Shown one piece after another: positions 25,401 through 34,774 of a stretch of DNA of 52,587 bases. The stretch covers positions 1-52,587 of the forward strand of contig JBMCCQ010000001.1 of the NCBI GenBank assembly GCA_048618745.1. The letters run 5' to 3'. The first letter of the stretch is position 1. Each line of letters opens with the position of its first letter. The notes under the pieces are model-generated. The model worked only from the letters and a program-made list of their open reading frames with translations, searched no databases and was not told the DNA's origin. The position numbers and the translations under genes are program-made. Source of the DNA: Candidatus Nanoarchaeia archaeon (GTDB lineage Archaea; Nanobdellota; Nanobdellia; Woesearchaeales; DSVV01).

Positions 25401-25808
25401 ATGGATTATGAATCGTTGCTTGACAATGCTTATGAAAAGCTTCCCGAAACCCAGGAAGAAAAAGAGCGCTTTGAGATTCCTAAAGTAAGAGGACATATCC
25501 AGGGGAATAAAACAGTGGTGACTAACTTTCACCAGATTGCCCAGTTCCTTAATAGATCTGTCGATCATTTGCTAAAATACGTTCTCAAAGAGCTTGCAAC
25601 ACCAGGTACAAAGATGAAGAACGGGATTGTTTTTGGGACAAAAATCCCTGCCTCAAGAATTAATGAAAAGATTGAAAAGTATGTTGAGGAATTTGTTTTA
25701 TGCAAAGAATGCAAAAAGCCCGATACAAAGCTTGTTAAAGAAGACAAATACCTCTTTAAAAAATGTATGGCCTGCGGTGCAAGGCACTCGGTTCGTATAC
25801 TTAAATGA
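25401..25808 (+). CDS. Translation initiation factor aIF2 beta subunit
   Basis: MDYESLLDNAYEKLPE...RFEIPKV...C.EC.KPDT...CMACGA is a C4 zinc ribbon. AGGTGA Shine-Dalgarno lies upstream of the ATG at 25401. Confidence 0.88.
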   Translation: MDYESLLDNAYEKLPETQEEKERFEIPKVRGHIQGNKTVVTNFHQIAQFLNRSVDHLLKYVLKELATPGTKMKNGIVFGTKIPASRINEKIEKYVEEFVLCKECKKPDTKLVKEDKYLFKKCMACGARHSVRILK

Positions 25809-26107
25809 TAGTAAAAAAGCATGTTACAGGTGGAAGGCTGATATTGGCTGTTTGTGACAGTTCAGTTGCCGGCAAAAAATATAATGAAGGAGACGCTCAG
25901 TTGGACCTTTCATCTGATTTTTACAATGGTGAAGAAATGCCTCCAGAGGAGGTGACAAGGCTGATGAAAAGCTCATTTATTATTAACCTTGTCGGCGAAA
26001 AATCTTTGCAAACTGCAAAGGAGTTAGTTCATATAAGTAAAAGGTCAGTTATTTTCATTGAAGGCATTCCGCATGCCCAAGTGCTTTTTGTTCCAAAGGA
26101 GGGGTAA
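25805..26107 (+). CDS. DUF424-family protein
   Basis: LILAVCDSSVAGKKYNEGDAQLDLSSDFYNGEE...GIPHAQV matches the DUF424 pattern that frequently follows aIF2-beta in archaea. Confidence 0.65.
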   Translation: MIVKKHVTGGRLILAVCDSSVAGKKYNEGDAQLDLSSDFYNGEEMPPEEVTRLMKSSFIINLVGEKSLQTAKELVHISKRSVIFIEGIPHAQVLFVPKEG

Positions 26108-26109
26108 TT

Positions 26110-26379
26110 ATGTCTGGCTTAAAAATCCGTGTTACAGGTAAGGTGCAGGGTGTGTTCTTCAGGGATTATACAAAAAAAAAGGCTGTTCAACTAGGTATAA
26201 AGGGCACAGTAAAGAATAAGGAGGACGGTTCTGTGGAGATAATTGCTGACGAGAATGAAAATATCCAAAAATTCATTGACTGGTGCTGGGAAGGCTCGCC
26301 TGCTTCAAGGGTAGATAATGTAGAGATAAGTCAGATAGAGTTGCCTGAGAAATTTAACAGTTTTGAGGTTCTTCTTTAG
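26110..26379 (+). CDS. acyP: Acylphosphatase
   Basis: 89 aa. VTGKVQGVFFRDYTKKKAVQLGIKGTVKNKEDGSVEI is the acylphosphatase signature. Confidence 0.88.
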   Translation: MSGLKIRVTGKVQGVFFRDYTKKKAVQLGIKGTVKNKEDGSVEIIADENENIQKFIDWCWEGSPASRVDNVEISQIELPEKFNSFEVLL

Positions 26380-26578
26380 GAGAATCAAGTTCTTCTTCCT
26401 GCGGCGCTTTTTGTTTTCCTTCAATCATGCTTTTTATTTTATGTGCAACTTCATCTACTTTGATAAGCATGCATAAATCACCGAAGTGCTCAAGTGCGCA
26501 CTCTTCGCAATAATAATCACTAGTGCCCTTTATACAATAACCCGCCTCGGCACCACATATAATGCATTTTTTAGACAT
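26354..26578 (-). CDS. Small zinc-ribbon protein with an acidic tail
   Basis: 74 aa with CIICG...YYCEEC (two CxxC pairs). It converges on acyP and overlaps it by 26 nt. Confidence 0.5.
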   Translation of the reverse strand: MSKKCIICGAEAGYCIKGTSDYYCEECALEHFGDLCMLIKVDEVAHKIKSMIEGKQKAPQEEELDSPKEEPQNC

Positions 26579-26641
26579 CTGTAACCACTCTAAAGAGCGC
26601 TTATTTAAATATTTTTTGCAGATTATGCCGTGACTTCCGGA

Positions 26642-27697
26642 TTAAATCATGAATCTTAGAATTGCTCCTATACCGCCCAGCCCATCAAGCTTTTGTCCTG
26701 CTTCATGCTCAGAGCTAATAACATGCACCCTTGCTTTAGTACTGCTGGCAGTTTTCATTAAATTATCAAGCTCAGCATATGAGTCCTGTTGTCTTTTTTT
26801 TTGAATAAGCTCGTCACTAACTAAAAGTTCCTTAATTGCACCCGCATCTGCAGCATTCTTTACTTCTTGGAAGCCATATGCAGCACTGCCTTGGCTTTTT
26901 ATTTCCTTAAATAATTGTTCAACCGCATTGGTTTCGGCAACTATCCTGTCTTCTTTTAAGGCCGAAATCACTTCAGGTCTTTTTAGTAATTCATTAATTC
27001 CGTTTTTTCCTACATTATTGCAGCTTGCAGTTATTATCTTTGATTTTAACTCACTATCTATTTGTTTTAAAAGATACTCCTTCCAGAAGGCCGGACTTCC
27101 AACAACAACTTTGTTTATGTTATGCTTTTTGACATAATCTTCAATATTATTAATTATTTCTTTATAGAAATTACTTTGCACGGATTCCGGGTTGTCCTTT
27201 TTAGCAACATCACCTTTAATCTCGCTTAAAACATCATAGCCATAAGTTTTCATCAAAGCAAAAATTGCGCTCTCCCTGTCAAATACGCACAGCAGAATCC
27301 CTTGTTTTTTTGGTTTTGTGGCCTCTTTGAGTTTTTCCAGCTGGTAATCATACAGTTGCTGTTTTTCAAGTGTAAAATCAACGCCTGCTTCAATGTTAAA
27401 TGTATGGTAACTACCAAGGGGCATGTCTTCTGGCCCCTCTGCAATCTTTCCCGAAACTCTCAGAATATCTGAGTATTTGTGAAATTCAATCTTTTCAACC
27501 GATATTTTGAGTCGTACTTTTTTTTTTACAACTTTGGCATTTCTGGTTTCGCTATCTCCTATCTTAATTTTCCTGAAGGTAGTTCCGCTTAGATAATCCC
27601 CTGCATCAATTATGTGGCTTAAATGCCATAAATCATCATTGTTTTCCACTTGAAGCTTAAAATAACCCTTCTCAAAATCCTTCTTAATAAGTTTCAT
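26642..27697 (-). CDS. pelA: Pelota (aPelota/Dom34) mRNA surveillance factor
   Basis: MKLIKKDFEKGYFKLQVENNDDLWHLSHII at the N-terminus, and an eRF1-like C-terminal domain ending GGIGAILRF. Confidence 0.9.
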   Translation of the reverse strand: MKLIKKDFEKGYFKLQVENNDDLWHLSHIIDAGDYLSGTTFRKIKIGDSETRNAKVVKKKVRLKISVEKIEFHKYSDILRVSGKIAEGPEDMPLGSYHTFNIEAGVDFTLEKQQLYDYQLEKLKEATKPKKQGILLCVFDRESAIFALMKTYGYDVLSEIKGDVAKKDNPESVQSNFYKEIINNIEDYVKKHNINKVVVGSPAFWKEYLLKQIDSELKSKIITASCNNVGKNGINELLKRPEVISALKEDRIVAETNAVEQLFKEIKSQGSAAYGFQEVKNAADAGAIKELLVSDELIQKKRQQDSYAELDNLMKTASSTKARVHVISSEHEAGQKLDGLGGIGAILRFMI

Positions 27698-28027
27698 AAC
27701 CCTCTGTCAATACTTATTATTATTAATACTTTTTGTATCAAATATTGGCTTTTTGGGTGTTTTTCAAAAGTGTATTAAAAATCCTATATAAGCAGGATTG
27801 CCGCGAAATTGTCTTCCAATCCCTGATAAACAATTAATGAGCTTTTGCTTTCCTGGATTCTAAGTAAAATACAGGCTTTCAAATATTTAACAAAGTAAAC
27901 ATCCTCAAGCAGATAATAAAACAGGCAATCAAATTGCAAAAGAGAAAATTCAGGAGTATTTTATTACATTTGAAGATAGGTGAAGGGCAATAACAACCCC
28001 GCCAAATGAACTTATTAGATAAAAAAT

Positions 28028-29362
28028 TTAGTTCATATTTAACTGGGCGTTATTCTTTTTATCCTTCTGGTCTAATTTGAATATCTCAAGTGTCTTTTTG
28101 TTATCCTCACTAATTTTGGAGAGGTCTTGTGCCATAGTTGCAACTCTCTGCATTGCAGCAGTGGTTTCTTCCATTGAAGCAGATACCTCTTCTCCTCCGC
28201 TAGCATTCTCCTGGGCGACAGTGCTTACTTCATTAATTGCTTTATCTACGGTGGATGTTAGGTTTACCTGGTTATTTGTTTTTTCAACTATGCCTTTAAT
28301 CTGATTGTTCATATCATTAATTATTGCAGAAATCCCCTCGAGGGAGACAAGCGCATCATTGATAATAGTTGCGCCTTCATCAACTTCCTTAGTTCCGTTG
28401 TTAATAGAATTTACTGCATTATTTGTTGACCCTTGTATATCTGAGATTAATGCAGATATTTGTTGGGTGGCTTTTTGTGATTCTTCGGCAAGTTTTCTAA
28501 TCTCATCAGCAACTACACTAAAGCCTTTTCCGGCTTCGCCTGCTCTTGCCGCTTCAATTGTCGCGTTTAAGGCCAACAAATTAGTCTGCTCTGATATGTT
28601 ATTAATTACATCAATAATTTTTCCAATCTCTTGTCCTTTTTGTCCAAGCTCCTGAATAACGTTTGATGCCTCTCCTACTGTTGATTTTATTGATTTAATT
28701 TTCTGGTTTGCATCTCCTGCAGCTGTTCTTCCTTTACTTGCATTATTATTGGCGGTTTCAGCAGATTGCGACAAGGAATGGATGTTTTCTGAAACAGTCT
28801 TAATTACTGTGTTTAATTCTTCAATTGATTTGGTGGTTTCTGAAACAAGCTTGCTCTGCTTTTCAGAGCCTTTGGCAATTTGCTGCATAGTAGAAGAAAC
28901 CTGCTGTGCAGAAGAGTTTACTTCCTGGCTGGATGATGATAAATCCTGGGCTGAGCTTGCCAGGTTGGCCACATTTTTTGCCATCTTAACAAGAGCATCA
29001 TTTGTGTTTTTTGTAATATTATTTAGTGCCTGGGCCAACTGACCTATTTCATCGTCAGTTTCAACTTCAACCTTTTGTGTGAGATCCCCATCTGCCAGTT
29101 TGTTTGCGTGCTCAATGCATCTCTTAAGAGGTGTTGTAAGTTTGTGCTGAAAATAATATCCTGCTCCCCCGCCCACTACAAGCGCGAAAAGAATGAAAAT
29201 TCCCTGCGTTCCTAAACTATTTGGGAATAAAAGCCTTCCCACGTAATCTATTGTTACTACAATAATTGCCACAGCCAGAAAACCGGCAATCATTTTTTTC
29301 TCCATACTGCCGTTATGAGTTTTTGGCTTAGTCTCCGCTGGTTGATTTGCCTCTTTTTCCAT
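28028..29362 (-). CDS. Methyl-accepting chemotaxis protein (two-TM hairpin, HAMP, MCP signalling domain; no obvious periplasmic sensor)
   Basis: Two TM helices are separated by only a few residues. HAMP ([34 protein letters not shown]). Highly conserved hairpin tip ([40 protein letters not shown]). Confidence 0.92.
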   Translation of the reverse strand: MEKEANQPAETKPKTHNGSMEKKMIAGFLAVAIIVVTIDYVGRLLFPNSLGTQGIFILFALVVGGGAGYYFQHKLTTPLKRCIEHANKLADGDLTQKVEVETDDEIGQLAQALNNITKNTNDALVKMAKNVANLASSAQDLSSSSQEVNSSAQQVSSTMQQIAKGSEKQSKLVSETTKSIEELNTVIKTVSENIHSLSQSAETANNNASKGRTAAGDANQKIKSIKSTVGEASNVIQELGQKGQEIGKIIDVINNISEQTNLLALNATIEAARAGEAGKGFSVVADEIRKLAEESQKATQQISALISDIQGSTNNAVNSINNGTKEVDEGATIINDALVSLEGISAIINDMNNQIKGIVEKTNNQVNLTSTVDKAINEVSTVAQENASGGEEVSASMEETTAAMQRVATMAQDLSKISEDNKKTLEIFKLDQKDKKNNAQLNMN

Positions 29363-29809
29363 TTTATAACACGGGTTTTTTGAATTTCTCTGTTTTTTAT
29401 GTAATTGTCTGATTTAAATATTTTAGTAATTACTCAACAATAGTCATTTGTCTTTGTACTTGCATTACTTCTTAAATTATATACATACTTTTAATGCAGC
29501 AAATGGTTTTAATTAACAAATACATTTTGGAGATTAATACCTTTAATTGAAATAATTACACTGGGTTTTAATAAAAGGAAAATGGCTTACAAATGATGTT
29601 GCAGATTATTATCCAATAGATAATAAAAGGTTTATTTGCGTATTCGAAAAAAAAAGATAATGATATTTTTTTAAAAGTATAATTCTTTGGGAGCTCTAAT
29701 TGAATAAGTCACAAATCATTAAAAAATAATTTTAAAAACTGAAATTACCAAGAGAAATCTTTATCTGCCAAGGGAGAAACTAAATTCCAGGAATTGCTGA
29801 GCTTTCAGA

Positions 29810-30469
29810 TTAATTTGTTACTGACTTAATAAGCTCTGCAACTTTCTCACCGCCGTGTTCCTCGGGTCTACTCATCTCAACAATTATTCCCTCAGGGTTA
29901 AGTTTTTTTATTGAATTAATATATTCCTTTTTATTAAATCCTGTGTGCTCAGCAATATCCATTTTACTTAATACTATTGCATCTGCATTGTGAAAAATAA
30001 CAGGATATTTTTTTGGTTTGTCATCTCCTTCTGTCGAGGAGCTTACCACAATATTGTATGTTTCCCCGAGTTGGACTCCTGCAGGGCATACCAAATTACC
30101 AACATTTTCAATAAGAACAAATTTTGTTGTCTCAAGGTTCATGTTCAAGAGTGCATCTTTAATCATCTGTGCATTCAGATGACAGCCGCTGTGTGTATTA
30201 ATCTGATGGGTCTGCAGACCAAGTTTTTCAAGTCTTTTTTTATCAACATCTTCTTCCAGATCCCCTTGGATTACTGCCAACTCCGCCGGATTAAAATTTT
30301 TGGCAAGCTTTTCAATAAGAGTGGTTTTCCCTGAGCCGGGGGAACCCATTATGTTTACTGCTATTGCCCCCCTGGCTTTAAGCCATTCTTTGTTTTCCTC
30401 TGCTAATTTATTATTGTCCTGCAACAGGTCTTTATTAATTTCTATTTGATTTTCGCACATAGATCTCAC
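29810..30469 (-). CDS. hypB: Hydrogenase nickel-incorporation GTPase HypB
   Basis: GSPGSGKTT P-loop, NVGNLVCP and LSKMD motifs. The GTG start overlaps the hypA stop (GTGA); an alternative ATG lies at 30460. Confidence 0.88.
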   Translation of the reverse strand: MRSMCENQIEINKDLLQDNNKLAEENKEWLKARGAIAVNIMGSPGSGKTTLIEKLAKNFNPAELAVIQGDLEEDVDKKRLEKLGLQTHQINTHSGCHLNAQMIKDALLNMNLETTKFVLIENVGNLVCPAGVQLGETYNIVVSSSTEGDDKPKKYPVIFHNADAIVLSKMDIAEHTGFNKKEYINSIKKLNPEGIIVEMSRPEEHGGEKVAELIKSVTN

Positions 30470-30816
30470 CGCTTTTCCATTTTTTTAACTAATATCTGGT
30501 CTCCTCCATATGTTTGTGTATTGATTGACTCACACCTTGGGCACAGAAGCTCCCAGTAGCTGTTAATTAAGGTTTCTTCTCCGCAGTCTTTGCATTTTAA
30601 GTTTCCAGGTTTCTCTTTAATTCTTAGCCTGACTTCTATGTCATCAAAAAAACTATCTCTCTCTTTTAGATAATTAAAGTAGAATTTAATCGGCTCCGGA
30701 GCATAAGTTGTAAGCTTACCCACTTCAACAACAGCTATGCATCTTTTAAGGCCATTTTTCTCTATCAACTCCTTTATAATGTTAAAAAGAGATTTAGATA
30801 TTTCCAGTTCATGCAT
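30466..30816 (-). CDS. hypA: Hydrogenase nickel-insertion protein HypA
   Basis: N-terminal MHE nickel site and a CKDCG...CPRC zinc site. 116 aa. Confidence 0.88.
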   Translation of the reverse strand: MHELEISKSLFNIIKELIEKNGLKRCIAVVEVGKLTTYAPEPIKFYFNYLKERDSFFDDIEVRLRIKEKPGNLKCKDCGEETLINSYWELLCPRCESINTQTYGGDQILVKKMEKR

Positions 30817-30855
30817 TAGTTACTACAAGAAAATAAGATTATAAATAATTTTTGT

Positions 30856-31047
30856 TTAGGCATACTTGTCATAGAGGTCCTGTAGTTTTTGTTGGGCTAG
30901 TGAAGGCCCAAGCATTCCTCCCAGGAACTCCTTGCACTGGTCTAAAAACGCTTTTGGATCGCTGTCTGAAAATGAGTCAACTTTGTCAGCGCTAGCAACT
31001 CCCAAGATACCTGAAATAACTGATTTTGCTTCTTCTTTTACTCCCAT
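30856..31047 (-). CDS. Small hypothetical protein between hypF and hypA
   Basis: 63-aa ORF with an ATG start, same orientation and tight spacing within the hyp cluster. No family recognised. Confidence 0.4.
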   Translation of the reverse strand: MGVKEEAKSVISGILGVASADKVDSFSDSDPKAFLDQCKEFLGGMLGPSLAQQKLQDLYDKYA

Positions 31048-31119
31048 TTTTTGTTCCCTTTTTTTTTATTTTTAATATATTAATATAGTTTTGTTTCCTG
31101 AACTATATAAAAATTTTAT

Positions 31120-33312
31120 TCAATACTGATAAGTGTTGTCATTACTTATATTTAAATGTTTGTTTGCTATTATGCATTGCCCCACACATAGTCCCCCGTC
31201 TCCGACAGGGGCTACTTTAGGAAGATAAACTCCCCTGTCAAGCATATACTCTGTTATTATCCTGTTGTATGCTACTCCGCCTGAAAATACAATTGGTAAG
31301 TCTTGTCCCTTTACAATGTTATACAGCCCCTCTGCAAAGTATTTTTGGGCTGTAGCGGCAAGCCTTTGTTTGTTCAGGGAAAGGTTTTCCTTCAGGTATT
31401 CAATAAGGGGTGTGGTCATTAATATTTTTTTTCCTTTTCTTGTTTCAATAACAGGATTTATCTTATAGCTTCTTTCTGAGCTGCTTTCAAGCAGCATTGC
31501 AGGCCTGCCTTCATATGTAGCAATATCGCATATTCCAAGGAGGGATGCTACTGCATCTAAGACCCTGCCTGTGCTGCTGGTTGTAAAAACATTAAATCTT
31601 TGCTTAAGTTGTTTTAGGTAGAGCCTGGCCTCTTTTTCCGGGAATAGGTCGTGTTTTAGTAGTTCTTCTTCACTCATTATTTTGGAAAGTATTGCAAATA
31701 GCATTTTTTTTGGGTATTTTGTTGCCGAGTCTCCGCCTATCATGAATTGTGGTTCAAGGTGGCCGATTCTCTTAAAACAACCCTCATTTACCTTGAAAAC
31801 CTCACCCCCCCATAACGTCCCGTCATCGCCATATCCCATGCCATCGCAGGCTATACCCACATAATCTTTTAGATTGTTTTCTGCCGCGACCCCTGCAATG
31901 TGTGCCTTATGGTGTTGAACTTTTACAAGTTTTGCATTAAGCTCTCTGGAGAGCTCACTTGCAAATTCGTTGGTTTCATAGCCAGGATGCATATCTGTTG
32001 CAATAATTTCGGGATAGATTTGTGTAAGTTGCATAAATTTTTTTACTGTTTCTTTAAGGTAATTCATTGTTTTAAAATTTGAGCAGTCTCCTATGTGCTG
32101 CGATAGATAAACGCGGTTTTTGTCTGCAAGCGCGATTGTATTATTGGTTTCTCCTCCAAGAGCCAGCGTGGGTCTGCATTGTTCTGAAATTTCAATAGGG
32201 GTTGGTACAAATCCGCGCGACCTTCTAAGAAGTAGCGGTTGACCGCGTATAAGCTTTAATACTGAATCATCACATCTGTTAACAATACTTCTTTCGTGTG
32301 TCAGAAAAAATTCTGCAAGATTCTCTTCTTTTGAAATTGGCTCTCCCGGCATGTTCAGGGAAGTAAATACTAACGGCTCATTTAAGTAATCAAACAACAG
32401 ATAATGTAAGCCGGTGTAGGGAAACATTGCTCCTATGCTGTCAAGCTCAGTTACTTCCGTAAGCATATGCTCATTTTTTTTCTTCATAATAACAATAGGG
32501 CTTTTCGGAGATTTCATCTCCTCGATTTCTTCTTTTGTAGGAACAGCATACTTTTTTAGCATATTAAGGTCCTTAAACATAACTGCAAACGGCTTATGGG
32601 GGCGCTTAAGAAGTTTCCTTACTTGCATTACTGCATTTTTTGTGCAATTAGAAACAAGATGCATTCCTCCTATTCCTTTTATTCCAATACACTTGTTTTT
32701 TTTAATTAACTCCGTTGCCTTTTTAATGGCTGCCTCCTCAGAAGTCTCTATGGGGTTTTTTTTATTATCCACAAGCTTTAGATGCGGCCCACAGCGGGGG
32801 CATGCAATTGTTTGGGCATGATATCTTCTATCAGCGGGGTTTGTATATTCCTTACGGCATTCGGGACACATTTGAAAATCTTTCATAGAAGTGGTTTCTC
32901 TGTCATACGGCAGTCTTTGTGTTATGGAATACCTTGGTCCGCAGTCTGTGCATGTTATAAAATAATACCTGTACCGCCTGTTTTTGGGGTTTCTTAGCTC
33001 ATTAAGACAATTGGAGCATACATAAATATCAGGGGGAAGCAATGTCTTTCCTTTGCTCTTACTGCTTTTTTTTATGGTAAATGAAGTATAAGTACCGGGA
33101 GCAATTTTATGAGTTTCTATAGAATGAATTTTTGCTAGAGGGGGCGGAGTTTTTAGTGCTTCAAGTATTGATGATTTCTTGTCAACAATAATTTTGACAC
33201 CATAACCTTCATTTGTGATTTCCCCTTTTAGATCATTTTTTTTAGCTATCCTGTAAATAAAGGGCCGAAAACCCACTCCCTGAACCCTCCCCTTTACAAT
33301 TAGACAATACAT
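31120..33312 (-). CDS. hypF: [NiFe]-hydrogenase maturation carbamoyltransferase HypF
   Basis: N-terminal acylphosphatase domain (VKGRVQGVGFRPF), two zinc-finger CxxC pairs (CSNC...CTDCGPR; CPEC...CPRCGP), and YrdC-like and Kae1-like domains. The ATG at 33312 is preferred over the TTG at 33324. Confidence 0.92.
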   Translation of the reverse strand: MYCLIVKGRVQGVGFRPFIYRIAKKNDLKGEITNEGYGVKIIVDKKSSILEALKTPPPLAKIHSIETHKIAPGTYTSFTIKKSSKSKGKTLLPPDIYVCSNCLNELRNPKNRRYRYYFITCTDCGPRYSITQRLPYDRETTSMKDFQMCPECRKEYTNPADRRYHAQTIACPRCGPHLKLVDNKKNPIETSEEAAIKKATELIKKNKCIGIKGIGGMHLVSNCTKNAVMQVRKLLKRPHKPFAVMFKDLNMLKKYAVPTKEEIEEMKSPKSPIVIMKKKNEHMLTEVTELDSIGAMFPYTGLHYLLFDYLNEPLVFTSLNMPGEPISKEENLAEFFLTHERSIVNRCDDSVLKLIRGQPLLLRRSRGFVPTPIEISEQCRPTLALGGETNNTIALADKNRVYLSQHIGDCSNFKTMNYLKETVKKFMQLTQIYPEIIATDMHPGYETNEFASELSRELNAKLVKVQHHKAHIAGVAAENNLKDYVGIACDGMGYGDDGTLWGGEVFKVNEGCFKRIGHLEPQFMIGGDSATKYPKKMLFAILSKIMSEEELLKHDLFPEKEARLYLKQLKQRFNVFTTSSTGRVLDAVASLLGICDIATYEGRPAMLLESSSERSYKINPVIETRKGKKILMTTPLIEYLKENLSLNKQRLAATAQKYFAEGLYNIVKGQDLPIVFSGGVAYNRIITEYMLDRGVYLPKVAPVGDGGLCVGQCIIANKHLNISNDNTYQY

Positions 33313-33640
33313 TATAATTCCCAAATATTGGTATGTTTAAATTTTTAATTATTTTTGAATATCATATTGATAAGTTAAATAAAATTAATAAGTTGAAACA
33401 TGAAAAAATCTTGCAAAATAAGTTGTGTTCTGTTGTATAACTTCATAAATACAAAAATTTTTAAATCGAAAACTATTAATATAAGTAAAAATCCAGTTTA
33501 TTAAGCGTACTGGAAATCCCGGGAGGAGTAATGGGCTCCGTTGCAGCTCCATTTTTTGATGGAAGCGTGGCTTCACAAAAAAAGAGGTTTCACAAATTAA
33601 TTTGTTAAGGGATTATCTTTAAAAGAGAGGTATAGCAATA

Positions 33641-33994
33641 ATGGCAAAGATAATGACTGTGGAGGATTCAGGTTTAATCCGCTCAATTATAAGAAAAATT
33701 CTTATAAGTGAAGGGCACGAAATTATTGAAGTGTCTTCAGGTAAGGATGCTGTTATCAGATATGAAAAGGAAAAACCTGCTCTAGTGTTTATGGATATAA
33801 ATTTGCCTGATATTTCAGGGCTGGATGCAACTAAAGAGATTATTGATTTTGACCCTTCAGCAAAAGTAGCAATGTGCACAATTGTCGATAAGGATGAATA
33901 TAAACAAAAGGCAAAAGAGATTGGTGCAAAAGCCTATCTGGTAAAACCTTTTAGCAGAAGGGAAATACTTGATGTGCTAAATGATTATTTGTAA
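33641..33994 (+). CDS. CheY-like single-domain response regulator (divergent)
   Basis: REC fold: MTVEDSG (ED instead of DD), FMDINLPDISG (phospho-Asp), AMCT, and LVKPF (Lys). Confidence 0.85.
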   Translation: MAKIMTVEDSGLIRSIIRKILISEGHEIIEVSSGKDAVIRYEKEKPALVFMDINLPDISGLDATKEIIDFDPSAKVAMCTIVDKDEYKQKAKEIGAKAYLVKPFSRREILDVLNDYL

Positions 33995-34014
33995 ATTAAA
34001 AATGAGGTGAAAAA

Positions 34015-34374
34015 ATGAGTGCCACTGTATTAATTGTTGACGATTCCGCCTTTATGAGAAACATGTTGAAAAACATAATTACTCAGGCAGGGGGTACAGT
34101 AGTAGGAGAGGCTGCAGACGGGCAACAGGCAATTGATAAAACTAATGAGTTGTCACCGCAGATAATTTTCCTGGATATAATGATGCCAAATGTTAACGGA
34201 TTGGAAGCTCTTAAGCAAATAAAAAGCCAGCATCCTGATGTGAAAGTTGTAATGTGCACTTCAGCAGGCCAGGAGAAAATTATTGGTGAGGCTGTAGAAG
34301 CAGGGGCTTCAGAATTTGTAAAGAAACCGTTTAAGCCTGACGAAATATCACAGGTAATTTCCAAGCTTTCATAA
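34015..34374 (+). CDS. cheY: Chemotaxis response regulator CheY
   Basis: VLIVDDSAFMRNML...FLDIMMPNVNGLE...VMCTS...KKPF is a canonical CheY. GAGGTGA Shine-Dalgarno upstream. Confidence 0.9.
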   Translation: MSATVLIVDDSAFMRNMLKNIITQAGGTVVGEAADGQQAIDKTNELSPQIIFLDIMMPNVNGLEALKQIKSQHPDVKVVMCTSAGQEKIIGEAVEAGASEFVKKPFKPDEISQVISKLS

Positions 34375-34389
34375 AAGAGGTGAAAAAAT

Positions 34390-34764
34390 ATGACATCAGT
34401 ATTAGTTGTGGACGATTCAATTTTTATTAGGAACATTTTAAAGGATATGCTGGGCAGATTGGGCGTGCAAGAAATTAAGGAAGCCTCCGATGGCCTCGAA
34501 GCTGTGGAAAAAGTCAGGGAAGGTAACTTTGACTTAATTTTTATGGATGTAATGATGCCTAAAATGGATGGGCTACAGGCGATTAAGGAAATAATGGCCA
34601 TTAACCCTGAGCAAAAAATTGTAGTCTGTACATCAGCAGGCCAGGATAAAATTGTAAATGAAGCAGTAGAATCCGGTGCGAAAGAGCTTATCCTCAAGCC
34701 CTTTGATTTGGAAGAGGTAAGAGGCATAGTGGATAAGTATCTAGGGGAAACAAGTGAAGGGTAA
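34390..34764 (+). CDS. cheY: Chemotaxis response regulator CheY (second canonical copy)
   Basis: VLVVDDSIFIRNIL...FMDVMMPKMDGLQ...VVCTS...LKPF. GAGGTGA Shine-Dalgarno upstream. Confidence 0.9.
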   Translation: MTSVLVVDDSIFIRNILKDMLGRLGVQEIKEASDGLEAVEKVREGNFDLIFMDVMMPKMDGLQAIKEIMAINPEQKIVVCTSAGQDKIVNEAVESGAKELILKPFDLEEVRGIVDKYLGETSEG

Positions 34765-34774
34765 GGGTTTTCTC

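Noticed and set aside
28077-29042. Plus-strand ORFs of 75-116 aa
   Set aside because: Antisense to the MCP gene. The Ser/Ala/Ile-rich translations reflect the repetitive coiled-coil coding strand.
31265-32997. Several plus-strand ORFs of 60-128 aa
   Set aside because: All are antisense to hypF, which is continuous and motif-rich on the minus strand.
34083-34727. 214-aa minus-strand ORF
   Set aside because: Antisense to the two canonical cheY genes. This is a shadow ORF.
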